A stretch of 64,000 bases of DNA from Nitrospirota bacterium (lineage in GTDB: Bacteria; Nitrospirota; UBA9217): NCBI GenBank assembly GCA_963845065.1, contig CAWJQQ010000001.1, positions 512,001 to 576,000 of the forward strand. The letters are read 5' to 3'. A program made the position numbers and the translations under genes. Position 1 is the stretch's first letter; each line of letters opens with the position of its first letter. Below are positions 1 through 10,633 of the stretch, piece by piece. The notes beneath the pieces were generated by a model. That model was not told the DNA's origin. It ran no database searches and saw only the letters and a program-made list of their open reading frames with translations.

Positions 1-428
1 TCAAGCCAAGTTCGCAGCTAAACATCAGCATCATACTTGCAATGTAGAGAAATAAAAGCGGCATTTCAATCAGAAGACTCAAGCTAAAAGAAGTAATGTT
101 CAAAAATAAATGCGATTCTTGTATTGAGCACATCGGTCTTATGGTGTGCTTATTTTGCTTTAAATCTCAAGAGCGATACCTAGGATCCTTGGCATGGGCA
201 ATCGTGCCATTGAAGTAGGCCTTACCCTGCTAATGGAAACGAACTACAAGGCGCGCTTAAAAACGTAAATCCTCGTGTGGAAGGATCTCTCGTATATCAT
301 CGAAGAAGCCATCCGTGTCGGCTGTCAGCAGGCAAAGGCCATGAACAGTGAGCCTTGTAAGCTCCGGTTCCTGAAAAATTATATTACTGGTGACGGCTTG
401 AGGATAAGCGGAAAGGTATGGAGAGAAT

Positions 429-1397
429 ATGTTGAAAAGCTTACATAAATCATCGTGCTTGGCCGCAGTTCTTTTTTTCATCGCAACTCTGTTGTCGGTT
501 AATGCCTGGGCAGGGAAACGAATTGGATTTCTGATGTTTAGCGACGAGACCCGCTACCTAGAAGCGGCCAAAGGAATCAAAGATAAACTTTCCGAAGCGG
601 GCTATACAAAATCGAATACGTATTACATCATCGAGAACGCTGGCGCCAATAAGGCAAAGGTTGTTGAGCTGACGCAGAAATTCGCAAGTGAAAAGTTAAA
701 TTTAATCATTGCCCTAGGCACGTCTTCCACTGTGATCGTGGCCAAGGAAATCAAGGATGTACCGATTGTCTTCAGTGTCGTATATGACCCCGTGGAAGCT
801 GGAATAGCTAAATCTTGGAAAAGTTCAGGCAACAACACAACAGGTACCTCTACCCAAGTCCCCATGATAAAGGTTCTGGACAGCCTGAAATTGTTGCGGC
901 CGGTACAGAGACTCGCAGTGCTCTATACGGCCGGTGAGAAGAATTCCGAGTTTAATCTTAGAGATTTGCAAAATATTCAAGCGAAAGCCGGGATCAAGAT
1001 CATTCCAGTGCTCATCACCGCCGATGAAGACATTGACCAGCTTCTCCCGGAAGTGATGGACACAGTAGACGGAGTCTACATTACCGGAAGCAATCTGGTG
1101 AACAGCCGGATTGCGACAATTGTTGACTTGGCGAACAAGGCCGGGGTAGTGACCGTTTCCCACCTTGAGGACTTGATCGAGAAGGGAGTCCTGATGGGCG
1201 TGTGTGCCGATTCCTATGCCGTGGGCCGGCTTGCCGGTGAGAAGGCTGTGAAGATACTTCATGGCGCCAAACCTTCCTCGCTTTCCGTCGACGTACTAAC
1301 AAAATTTGATGTGATTCTCAATATGAAGACGGTGAGGGAGGGACAGTTCCCGATCCCGTCTGAATTCATGAGAACGGTGACAAAAAAGATCGAATAG
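429..1397 (+). CDS. ABC-type periplasmic substrate-binding protein (ABC_sub_bind-like)
   Basis: Signal peptide (..NAWA); family-like motifs PIVFSVVYDPVEAG, GNNTTG, AGEKAVKILHG; 30 bp upstream of a sensor kinase. Confidence 0.85.
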   Translation: MLKSLHKSSCLAAVLFFIATLLSVNAWAGKRIGFLMFSDETRYLEAAKGIKDKLSEAGYTKSNTYYIIENAGANKAKVVELTQKFASEKLNLIIALGTSSTVIVAKEIKDVPIVFSVVYDPVEAGIAKSWKSSGNNTTGTSTQVPMIKVLDSLKLLRPVQRLAVLYTAGEKNSEFNLRDLQNIQAKAGIKIIPVLITADEDIDQLLPEVMDTVDGVYITGSNLVNSRIATIVDLANKAGVVTVSHLEDLIEKGVLMGVCADSYAVGRLAGEKAVKILHGAKPSSLSVDVLTKFDVILNMKTVREGQFPIPSEFMRTVTKKIE

Positions 1398-1427
1398 CAG
1401 ACGGAGATCAGGCCGCGGCCGGGGAAA

Positions 1428-4400
1428 ATGTTGACCATGGTGGCAAAGCGTGAGCATAAAAGCATACGGTACAGATTCCTCAAGGAACTGTCGGGCATCC
1501 TTTTAATAAGCACCGCTGTTCTAAGTATGGTCGTCGCGGTAAACGAGGGAAGGATACTCAATCGGTCCCTCGTCACAAAGGGTAGAAGTTTCGCATCCTA
1601 CATAGCCAAACTCAGCGGGGATCCTTTGGTCATGAAGGACGCCATTCAGCTTGATTCCATCGTCAGCGATGCGAGTAAAGATGAAGACATCCTGTATGCC
1701 GTGATCTACGATGCCAAAGGTAACCTCACTACCTCCCAATTTTCCAGTATCAATTACCGGTCACCGCGAGTTAAGGACATCCTGACGGGCCTTCCGAAAG
1801 AAAGTGAACTTCAGGACATTATTAATGCCATCAATAAGCGAGAGGCGGTAACCGAAGTTTCCGTGCCTATTTTATCGGGCCCGTACAAGATTGGCGAAGT
1901 GACGATTTGCTTATCACAGTATACCATCCACCGGCAGATCCTGAACATCGTGTTTTTTATACTCGCGCTCAACATTGTCGTGGCTATCATCCTCGGCTAT
2001 GTTGTATTTTCCGCATCGCGAAAGGTTCTTTTCGAACCGCTGGCCGAACTTGCCGGCGCAGCGGCTCGTCTTGCAAAAGGCGATCTCTCGGCCCGGATTA
2101 CGATACAGGCCGCCGACGAATTGCAGGCACTGTTTGATAATTTCAATCACATGGCCGGAGACCTTGACAAAACTACCGTGTCCAAGACATACATGGATAA
2201 CATCATAGAGGGAATGATCAACACATTGATCGTTGTCAATCAAGAAGATAAGATTATAAGGGCCAATGCCGCGGCTTGCAGCCTGTTGGATTACCGCGAA
2301 GAGGAACTGAAAGGTAACCCAATTGACATGATCCTTGCCAGTAACGGATCGGCTAAATATTCACGGGTGGAGACACTGCCCGTGGATAAACATATGAGCA
2401 TGCTTGAGGCATCCTACAGGGCAAAGGGCGGTCAAATGATACCTGTGCTGTTATCGGCGTCTGTCATGTATGATAAGTATAACATTCACCAGGGTGCAGT
2501 TTACATTGCCCAGGATTTCACTAAGCGGAAACTAGCTGAGGAGGCCCTCTTAGAAAGCGAGGCGCGTGTTCGTGAAGTGAATCAACGTTTCAAGCTTGCA
2601 GCGGAATCAGCGGGTATCGGTGTTTGGGATTATGACTTGTACGAAAAGAAAGTACTGTGGGATGAACAAATGAAGCGATTATACGGTTTTAGCAATCATT
2701 CACCTGAAATGACATATGACGATTGGCTGCTGACCATATATCCCGAGGATCGAGATAAAGTGCATCTTGCCATGCATCAGGCACTCCAGGGTCATGTAAC
2801 CTATGAAACGGAATATCGCATTTTATGGCCGAATAATGAAGTCCATAATCTGAAGGCGATCGGCAGGGTATCGCGCGATGAATCGGGTTATCCGGTGCGA
2901 ATGACTGGGATCAACTATGACATCACTGACCGGATTCGTATAGAAGAAACCCTGCGAGAGAGTGAAAAAAAATATCACAACATATTTGACTCTTTCGTGG
3001 ATCTTTATTATCAGACCGATCTGCAAGGTACGATCATTACTGTTTCCCCGTCTGTTCAGCTCCTGGCTGGATATACTCCGGAGGAGTTGATCGGGCAGAA
3101 TGTGGCACCTATTTACGCGGAAGTGGCGGATCAACAACAGCTTTTCAAGGGCCTTATGGCACGTGGCAAGGTTAATGACTTCGAAACAACTCTGCGCAAG
3201 AAAGATGGCACACTCGTGCCGGTTTCGATCACAAGCCACATTGTACGAGATGATGAAGGACATCCTTATGCCGTCGAAGGGTCAATCCGAGACATTACCG
3301 TGCGCAAAGAGTCCGAAGAGCAGCTGCGCAAGACTTTTAAAGAACTTAAGAGCGTGAATGAAGAACTTGAAACGGCGATTGCTCATTCTAATAAAATGGC
3401 GCGGCAGGCCGAGGCAGCCAATATCGCCAAGAGTACGTTCCTCGCTAATATGAGCCATGAGATACGAACACCTATGAACGGCATCATCGGGATGTCGGGA
3501 CTCTTGCTCGATACTGCTTTGACAAGCGAACAGCGCAGGCATGCAGAGGTCGTGAAGTCCAGCGCGGACGGTTTGCTGGTACTGATCAACGACATACTCG
3601 ATTATTCAAAAATCGAAGCCGGTAAGCTTCAAATTGACTCTATCGACTTTGATCTGCGCTCCACGGTCGACGATTTTGCTGCCGTTCTCGCTGTTCGTTC
3701 GAGAGAGAAAGGGTTGGAATTCGTCTGTACCGTCCCTCCTGATGTTCCTACGTATCTTCGCGGAGATCCAGGACGTTTGCGCCAAGTGCTTGTCAATCTG
3801 GCGGGAAACGCGATCAAGTTTACCTCAAAAGGCGAGGTTGTGGTATGCGTGGAACTTGTCTCAGAGACCAGTGAATATACCATGTTGAGATTTGTTGTGC
3901 GCGACACCGGCATTGGGATTCCTAAAGACAAGTTATCCATGCTCTTCAAGAGTTTTTCGCAGGTCGATTCCTCAATCACGCGAAAGTATGGTGGTACCGG
4001 ACTGGGCCTCGCAATATCTAAGCAACTTGTCAGTCTGATGGGCGGCGAGGTAGGGGTGCACAGCACGGAGGGGGCAGGCTCGGAATTCTGGTTTACGGCA
4101 CGACTTGACAAGCCCCTAACACCCCCAATAAAGGAGATTGAACTTGCCGAAGTTCAAAATGCGCGCATACTCATCGTGGATGATAATGAAGCAAGCAGAC
4201 AAAAGCTTACAGCATTGTTCAGGTCGTGGAAAGCAAGGTCGGCAGAAGCGGAAGACGGCCTATCCGCACTAGACGCATTGTTGCAGGCAGAACAGATCGG
4301 AGATCCTTTCCAAGCCGCTATCCTGGACAAACAAATGCCGGGCATGGATGGGGTAACGCTAGCCCAGACCATAAAATCGGACGTAAGAATAAAAAATACC

Positions 4401-5417
4401 CGGCTGGTGCTGATGACCGATCTGGGACAACTAGGTGAAGGTAAACGTATGGAAGAGATAGGCGTGGCCGCATATTTAACCAAGCCGGTACGACAGAGCG
4501 ACTTGTACGCCTGCTTGGCTGTTGTTCTGGCTGGAACCGCGTCAAAAAAGCCAGTACACCCTCTTGTAACAAAGCATTTTATTTCCGAAATAAGACGGAC
4601 CAATTTACGCATACTGCTTGCTGAGGACAACGAAGTCAACCAAAAGGTCGCTCTGGGCCTTCTAAAGAAACATGGTTTTAAGGCGGATGTCGCAAATAAT
4701 GGGTCCGAAGCAGTGAATGCACTCATAACCAGGGACTACGATCTTGTGTTCATGGACGTGCAGATGCCGGTCTTGGACGGTTTTGAGGCCACGAGCCGGA
4801 TCCGCGATCTTAATTCCGGGGTGCGAAACCCGACCGTACCAATCATTGCGATGACAGCAAATGCCATGCAGGGCGACCGCGAAGCATGCCTGAATGCTGG
4901 GATGGATGATTATATCTCAAAGCCAGTGACGGCTGAAACACTGAGTCAGGTGCTCCAGAAATGGGCATTTCGCTCCAAAAAGCAAGAAGAGACACCTGTT
5001 GCCATTGACATAGCAGTAAGTGCTTCCAAGCCAGAGAAGACCGTAGCCGCCGTGTTCGACCGCGTGGGTTTAATGGACCGTCTCATGGATGATGAGGATC
5101 TCGTGCAAACGGTCATCAATGGCTATTTGCAGACAATACCCATAAGGCTCAGCGCACTTGAGTCTGCTATAAATAATCAAGATGCTAAAGTCGCAGAGCG
5201 TGAGGTGCATACCATAAAAGGGATAGCTGCAAATGTGGGTGGTGAAGCATTACGGCAGATCTCATATGAATTGGAAAAGACATGCCGCTCAGGCGATTTA
5301 AATACCGTAGCGTCAAGGCTCGTGGAGTTGAAAGAGCAAGTAAGTATATTAGACGATGCAATTATGTCAACGTTGCCCAGAACAGCATATAGAGGAGAAC
5401 TACAAATAAAAACTTGA
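1428..5417 (+). CDS. Hybrid sensor histidine kinase (2TM-HAMP-3xPAS-HisKA-HATPase-REC-REC-Hpt)
   Basis: FLANMSHEIRTPMNG H-box, NAIKFT, DTGIG, GGTGLGL, two receiver domains (DKQMP, MDVQMP), Hpt HTIKG. Confidence 0.95.
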   Translation: MLTMVAKREHKSIRYRFLKELSGILLISTAVLSMVVAVNEGRILNRSLVTKGRSFASYIAKLSGDPLVMKDAIQLDSIVSDASKDEDILYAVIYDAKGNLTTSQFSSINYRSPRVKDILTGLPKESELQDIINAINKREAVTEVSVPILSGPYKIGEVTICLSQYTIHRQILNIVFFILALNIVVAIILGYVVFSASRKVLFEPLAELAGAAARLAKGDLSARITIQAADELQALFDNFNHMAGDLDKTTVSKTYMDNIIEGMINTLIVVNQEDKIIRANAAACSLLDYREEELKGNPIDMILASNGSAKYSRVETLPVDKHMSMLEASYRAKGGQMIPVLLSASVMYDKYNIHQGAVYIAQDFTKRKLAEEALLESEARVREVNQRFKLAAESAGIGVWDYDLYEKKVLWDEQMKRLYGFSNHSPEMTYDDWLLTIYPEDRDKVHLAMHQALQGHVTYETEYRILWPNNEVHNLKAIGRVSRDESGYPVRMTGINYDITDRIRIEETLRESEKKYHNIFDSFVDLYYQTDLQGTIITVSPSVQLLAGYTPEELIGQNVAPIYAEVADQQQLFKGLMARGKVNDFETTLRKKDGTLVPVSITSHIVRDDEGHPYAVEGSIRDITVRKESEEQLRKTFKELKSVNEELETAIAHSNKMARQAEAANIAKSTFLANMSHEIRTPMNGIIGMSGLLLDTALTSEQRRHAEVVKSSADGLLVLINDILDYSKIEAGKLQIDSIDFDLRSTVDDFAAVLAVRSREKGLEFVCTVPPDVPTYLRGDPGRLRQVLVNLAGNAIKFTSKGEVVVCVELVSETSEYTMLRFVVRDTGIGIPKDKLSMLFKSFSQVDSSITRKYGGTGLGLAISKQLVSLMGGEVGVHSTEGAGSEFWFTARLDKPLTPPIKEIELAEVQNARILIVDDNEASRQKLTALFRSWKARSAEAEDGLSALDALLQAEQIGDPFQAAILDKQMPGMDGVTLAQTIKSDVRIKNTRLVLMTDLGQLGEGKRMEEIGVAAYLTKPVRQSDLYACLAVVLAGTASKKPVHPLVTKHFISEIRRTNLRILLAEDNEVNQKVALGLLKKHGFKADVANNGSEAVNALITRDYDLVFMDVQMPVLDGFEATSRIRDLNSGVRNPTVPIIAMTANAMQGDREACLNAGMDDYISKPVTAETLSQVLQKWAFRSKKQEETPVAIDIAVSASKPEKTVAAVFDRVGLMDRLMDDEDLVQTVINGYLQTIPIRLSALESAINNQDAKVAEREVHTIKGIAANVGGEALRQISYELEKTCRSGDLNTVASRLVELKEQVSILDDAIMSTLPRTAYRGELQIKT

Positions 5418-5750
5418 TGTTGAAGAGGGCTTTGCCGAGCACATTACTGCACTTAGAACTATTTTGAAACAATACGAGACAACGTACAGTATAGTGAACA
5501 ACAGTGAAGCAGTCGAAGCGGTGCGGGACGTATTGGATCGTCGTGAGTACTGCGATCTCATCTGAAAGGACATTATGATGACGGAAATGGATGGTAAAAA
5601 AACGCTGAAAAGATCCGAGAGTCGGATGAGGCGAAAGATCTTATCTTTATCAGCAGTGATAAAAACGTCATTATCAAGATTATTAGCAATGTAAAGAATA
5701 GCGTCGCTCTGGTTAAGGCTGTCGACATAGCAATACTGCTGGAGTATTTA
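5410..5750 (+). pseudogene. Degenerate single-domain CheY-like response regulator
   Basis: Frame from 5461 reads ILKQY..VNNSEAVEAVRDVLDRREYCDLI*KDIMMTEMDGKKTLK, with TGA at 5563-5565 followed by a frameshift; boundaries approximate. Confidence 0.7.
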
Positions 5751-7256
5751 TGAACATTGTGGGAGATCCTGAGATGTGTGGACCATTAGAAGGGCCAGAG
5801 AGACAGAAGGTGCTCGTTGCTGAGGATGAGCCGACTTCGCGCATTGTTTTGAAGACTGTCCTTGAGCAAAATGGGTACGAAGTTATAGAGGCATACGATG
5901 GTATTGAAGCATTGAATATGCTTCAACAACCAGGCGCGCCAAAGCTGGTCTTGCTGGACTGGTTGATGCCTGGTCTGGATGGGATTGAAGTGTGTCGCCG
6001 CGTACGCGCTGCGAATCATTCTGATTTGCCTTATGTCATCATGGTGACAGCAAAAGGGGAGACACAAGATATTGTCGTCGGTCTTGATGCTGGCGCCAAT
6101 GACTACATAGTCAAACCCTACAATGTTAATGAATTGCGTGCTCGCCTCAATGTCGGGTGTCGAGTAGTGAAACTCCAAGCCGAACTTCATGGGACACTGG
6201 AAAATATGGAGAAATTGGCATTCACCGATCAGCTCACAATGATCGCAAATCGGAGGGCAATTCAAGGTATTTTAGAACGTGAGATGGCGAGGTCCATGCG
6301 ATCCGGTAAGTCGCTGTGCATATCGATGCTCGATCTGGATAATTTTAAAATAGTGAATGACGAGTGTGGTCATCAGATAGAGGATGCCGTGCTCAAAGAA
6401 TGTGCCTATCGTATCAAATCGGTTTTGCGGCCCTACGATACTATCGGTAGGATTGGTGGCGAGGAATTCTTGATCATTGTTGTTGAATCATCCGGTTGCG
6501 TGATGAGCATATTTGAGAGAGTCCGACGCGTTGCTGTGGATACACCATTTGTGGCAGGGACCGTTTCAAGAACGATAACTGCAAGTCAAGGAATTGCTAC
6601 CTGGAACAGAATTGACAGCATGGATGACTTAATCAGAAAAGCTGATGATGCGTTGTATCGGGCAAAAAAAGACGGGCGCAATCGGATAATGCATTTTGAT
6701 GATCTAGAGCACGGCGTTGACGGAATGAAGCATCCCAAATAGTCAATGTTAAGCCTGTCGACAAAGAAAAAAACTGCTGGAGAATTTATGAACATTGTAG
6801 CTGATCCCGTGTTGAGCGGACTCTTAGAAGGGGCAGAGAGACAGAAGGTGCTCGTTGCTGAGGATGAGCTGACTTCACGTATCGTTTTGAAGACTGTCCT
6901 TGAACAAAATGGGTACGAAGTAATAGAAGCATACGATGGTATTGAAGCATGGGATATGCTTCAACAACCAGGTGCGCCGAAGCTGGTTTTGCTGGACTGG
7001 CTGATGCCAGGTCTGGACGGGATTGAAGTGTGTCGCCGAGTGCGAGCTGCAAATCACTCTGAATTGCCTTATATCATCATGTTGACGGTAAAAGGGGAGA
7101 AGCAGGATATCGTAGACGGTCTCGATGCGGGTGCTAATGACTATATAGCCAAACCCTACGATGTGAATGAATTGCATGCCCGCCTCAATGTTGGGCGTCG
7201 CGTAGTGAAACTCCAGAGCGAGCTTTATGGAACACTGGCAAATTTGGAAAAATTGT
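5712..7256 (+). repeat. Diverged direct duplication of about 500 bp (5712-6218 and 6748-7256) covering RBS and REC domain
   Basis: Near-identical DNA and protein (ERQKVLVAEDE..RAANHS..LNVG..EKL), plus shared upstream GTTAAG.CTGTCGACA..CTGCTGGAG.ATTTATG. Confidence 0.9.
5750..6742 (+). CDS. Response regulator diguanylate cyclase (REC-GGDEF)
   Basis: REC (AEDE, LLDWLMP, KP); DLDNFK; RxxD I-site in RPYD; GGEEF. Confidence 0.92.
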   Translation: MNIVGDPEMCGPLEGPERQKVLVAEDEPTSRIVLKTVLEQNGYEVIEAYDGIEALNMLQQPGAPKLVLLDWLMPGLDGIEVCRRVRAANHSDLPYVIMVTAKGETQDIVVGLDAGANDYIVKPYNVNELRARLNVGCRVVKLQAELHGTLENMEKLAFTDQLTMIANRRAIQGILEREMARSMRSGKSLCISMLDLDNFKIVNDECGHQIEDAVLKECAYRIKSVLRPYDTIGRIGGEEFLIIVVESSGCVMSIFERVRRVAVDTPFVAGTVSRTITASQGIATWNRIDSMDDLIRKADDALYRAKKDGRNRIMHFDDLEHGVDGMKHPK

Positions 7257-9508
7257 CGGCCGTCGTTGCGAGCTCGGAAGATGCGATCATCAGTAAAGAT
7301 CTGGCCGGTATTATTCAGACATGGAATGTTGGGGCAGAGAAGGTATTCGGTTATTCGGCGGAGGAAGCGATAAGCAAAAACATATCTCTTCTTGTCCCAC
7401 CTGGTCATACCGACGAAGTGCCCGACGTTCTGAGACGGATGTCACAGGGCGAGCGTATAGAAAATTTCGAGACCTTCCGCATGCGGAAAGACGGAACGAT
7501 TATTCCCGTCTCCCTTAACTTCTCCGCTATCAAAGATAAAAGCGGAAAGATGATAGGCGCGTCCAATATCGTGCACGACATCACCGATCGCAAGCGGGCT
7601 GAAGATGCACTTAAAAAGAGCGAACATATGCTGCAGGCGATTATCGATGCGGAGCCAGAATGTGTAAAGCTCATTGACGCGAATGCGAATTTAATAATGG
7701 TGAATCGAGCAGGCTTGTCTATGATTCAGGTAGATTCTTTAGAGCAAGTTAGAGGGCAATGTTTTTGCTCCATGATCGCATACGAGTATCAGGACGCTTT
7801 TATGGATCTAACGAATCGAATTTTCAAAGGTGACCCAGGGACCTTGTCTTTCGAGATGATAGGAATAAAGGGTAGGCATTTGTGGCTTGAGACGAATGCT
7901 GTGCCTTTTCGAAATGAAAAGGATGAAATTGTTGCAATGCTTGGCATAACACGTGATATTACTGAGCGCAAACGTGCGGAAGACATGCTGCGGCGGAACG
8001 AGGAAATGGTCAGGAATATTCTTAACAGCGTGGACGAGGGTTTTATTGTTGTTGACCGGGACTATCGCATCCTGTCCGCGAACCGGGCGTACTGCAATCA
8101 GATTGGCCTTCCTCGCGACGAGGTGGTGGGGAAAACTTGTTTTAAGCTATCGCATAAAGTGGACAGACCGTGCTATGAGAAAGGCGAGGAATGCGCCGTC
8201 AGGAATGTTTTTAACACGGGGGAACCGTCTATTGTGTATCATAGCCATCGTAATGCGGATGGAGGTATCCTCCATGTGGAAACAAAGGCGTTCCCACAGA
8301 AAGATGCATCAGGGCACATCACAACAGTGATCGAATCGATCAACAACATCACGGAAAAACACCAGCTGGAGCAAGAGCGCCTCAAGATGCAGAAACTCGA
8401 GGCAGTCGGTACGCTGGCTGGTGGGATTGCCCATGATTTCAACAACTTGCTGCAGGGAGTGTTTGGCTATATCTCGCTGGCCAAACTAACAGCCTATGGG
8501 CGACAAAAAAGCTTGACTGCGCTCGAACAGGCCGAGAAGGCGCTACACATGTCGGTGAACCTGACGAACCAGCTTTTGACGTTCTCGAAGGGCGGCAAAC
8601 CGGTAAAGAAACTAATCGATCTTCGGCCTTTGATCGATAATGCCACGCAGTTCGCTCTGAGCGGTTCACGCTCTGATTACTGTATTGTTGCTGATGACGA
8701 TATCTGGCAGGTAGAGGTGGACGAGGGCCAGATCAGTCAGGTGATCCAGAATCTCGTCTTGAACGCTGATCAAGCCATGCGGAAAGGAGGACGTGTTGAA
8801 ATTACGGCGAGAAAAGTCCACGTCCCTCATGATAACTCGCTGCGGGGGTTGCAGAAAGGGAGATATGTTCAGATTAGCATTAAAGACAGCGGCATCGGGA
8901 TACCTGAACAAAATATTGCCAAGATATTCGACCCTTATTTTACGACCAAGGAAAAAGGCAGCGGTTTGGGCCTTGCGACATCCTATTCCATCATTAAGAA
9001 CCATAGCGGCCTGATTGATGTAAAATCCGAGGTGGACAAAGGGACCATATTCTTCATTTACCTTCCAGCGTTCGCAACGACTGAAAAAACTGAACCTTTG
9101 CAACCAGCGGCAGGAGCCTTACCGGTACGTACTGGTAATGTGCTCATCATGGACGATGATCCAGTTATCCGTGATGTCGCTGGGGAATTGATCAAGGCAC
9201 TGGGGCATGAGGTGGAATTCTCGGCGCATGGAGAAGAGACAATCGAAAAGTATCGGATGGCGAAACAATCGGAAAGGCCATTTGATCTGGTCATTCTAGA
9301 CTTGACGATCCGCGGAGGGATGGGCGGCGCAGAGACGATGAGGAAGCTCATGGAAATCGATCCCAGGGTGAAGGCTATTGTGTCGAGCGGTTACTCTGAT
9401 GATGACATCGTATCGAACCATCAAAAACAGGGCTTCAAGGCGTTCCTCAAGAAACCCTACAATGTAGAAAAGCTACAAGAGGTATTGAACAAGGTGATTA
9501 ACTCTTAA
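6788..9508 (+). CDS. Cytoplasmic hybrid histidine kinase (REC-3xPAS-HisKA-HATPase-REC)
   Basis: AGGIAHDFNN H-box, FDPYFTTK, GLGL, C-terminal REC; start set at ATG 6788 by homology with the 5750 gene. Confidence 0.93.
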   Translation: MNIVADPVLSGLLEGAERQKVLVAEDELTSRIVLKTVLEQNGYEVIEAYDGIEAWDMLQQPGAPKLVLLDWLMPGLDGIEVCRRVRAANHSELPYIIMLTVKGEKQDIVDGLDAGANDYIAKPYDVNELHARLNVGRRVVKLQSELYGTLANLEKLSAVVASSEDAIISKDLAGIIQTWNVGAEKVFGYSAEEAISKNISLLVPPGHTDEVPDVLRRMSQGERIENFETFRMRKDGTIIPVSLNFSAIKDKSGKMIGASNIVHDITDRKRAEDALKKSEHMLQAIIDAEPECVKLIDANANLIMVNRAGLSMIQVDSLEQVRGQCFCSMIAYEYQDAFMDLTNRIFKGDPGTLSFEMIGIKGRHLWLETNAVPFRNEKDEIVAMLGITRDITERKRAEDMLRRNEEMVRNILNSVDEGFIVVDRDYRILSANRAYCNQIGLPRDEVVGKTCFKLSHKVDRPCYEKGEECAVRNVFNTGEPSIVYHSHRNADGGILHVETKAFPQKDASGHITTVIESINNITEKHQLEQERLKMQKLEAVGTLAGGIAHDFNNLLQGVFGYISLAKLTAYGRQKSLTALEQAEKALHMSVNLTNQLLTFSKGGKPVKKLIDLRPLIDNATQFALSGSRSDYCIVADDDIWQVEVDEGQISQVIQNLVLNADQAMRKGGRVEITARKVHVPHDNSLRGLQKGRYVQISIKDSGIGIPEQNIAKIFDPYFTTKEKGSGLGLATSYSIIKNHSGLIDVKSEVDKGTIFFIYLPAFATTEKTEPLQPAAGALPVRTGNVLIMDDDPVIRDVAGELIKALGHEVEFSAHGEETIEKYRMAKQSERPFDLVILDLTIRGGMGGAETMRKLMEIDPRVKAIVSSGYSDDDIVSNHQKQGFKAFLKKPYNVEKLQEVLNKVINS

Positions 9509-9698
9509 CACGAACCACGGAGATTCGCAAGGAACGTGTCATATAAAGTAATTTCTCTTGTGAGGGTGTTTGTTATCTGTATAGTAGAAATGAAATTATT
9601 TATTTCAGAGGGAAACCATATTCTATAGTTTGTGTTCTTCTGGACCAGACATTAGTCAGATTAAATAGCTATTATTATTGTTTTGAAATAATATTAAT

Positions 9699-9898
9699 CC
9701 TGAATCCGGCGTGAAGTTTACGGGATTTCAACCAAGACGCGCTCCATTAAAGGATTTTTTTATATTTTAGGGTACCAAAGGCCTCGGAATTGAACCTAAT
9801 TAAAAAGTAGGTTGGTTTCCGAGTGCCATTTTGCATTTTCGCATAATATTTTGGCCGTCAATTCTTACAATCAATAATAGATTCACGCCGGACCCAGG
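9699..9898. mobile_element. 200-bp MITE-like non-autonomous element
   Basis: TIRs CCTGAATCCGGCGTGAA and (reverse complement) CCTGGGTCCGGCGTGAA; TTAAT direct repeat at 9694-9698 and 9899-9903; no ORF. Confidence 0.8.
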
Positions 9899-10633
9899 TT
9901 AATATATTTTATAAAAAAAGTTTCTATCCCGCAGATAACTTACATTATTATAATGCAATATTTAACGCCATTAAGCAAAAAAAACTTTGTGTCGATAGTA
10001 TTATACTCAAAAAGACCCACTCGGACAATCTACTCAACGCTGAGCTAAAGTAAAAATCCTAACCCTAAAAGTCCTACCCCCAAAATTCGCCGTCGGATTT
10101 TTTTAACAAAAAGTTGCTCTACATTGTAATTAACATAATCAACAAATCTATCCATAGAATTACCCAACACCTATGCGCGAAGCAGTAGCAGTTTGAACTC
10201 CCAGCTTAAGTTTTTATCTGCTATGCCGATAAATATAGTATGGTGCGAAAAATGCCACCTATCCGACTATATGCTCTTCGAATAAGTAGAAAACACCGGA
10301 AAATAAACTCAAAGCTCAAGATGTCTTCAAGCTTCTCATCATTCCTCATACTCGGTTTTAAGAACGGGCGTGATCGTCATAGTGTCGCTTCTGTCCCTGA
10401 GTGAGAACCTTCACCCGGGGGGAAAAAGCTCAAGACAAGATACGTGGTGATCAGCGTTGTGAGCAGAATGAGGGTGCGCATTTCTGCACCCACGCTTCAT
10501 GGTGAATATCATATAGTAATGATGCTACTTTAAGTAACTGGCTTGTTATTGTAATGCGACTCATTTGTTGATACGTAGAGTCAACAAAAGTGAATTTGGG
10601 GGTCTTGTCGTGTCCATTCGCAATCTTCAGGAA

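Noticed and set aside
5563..5565. TGA as selenocysteine in the CheY-like frame
   Set aside because: Neighbouring frameshifts show decay, and no SECIS-like hairpin is apparent
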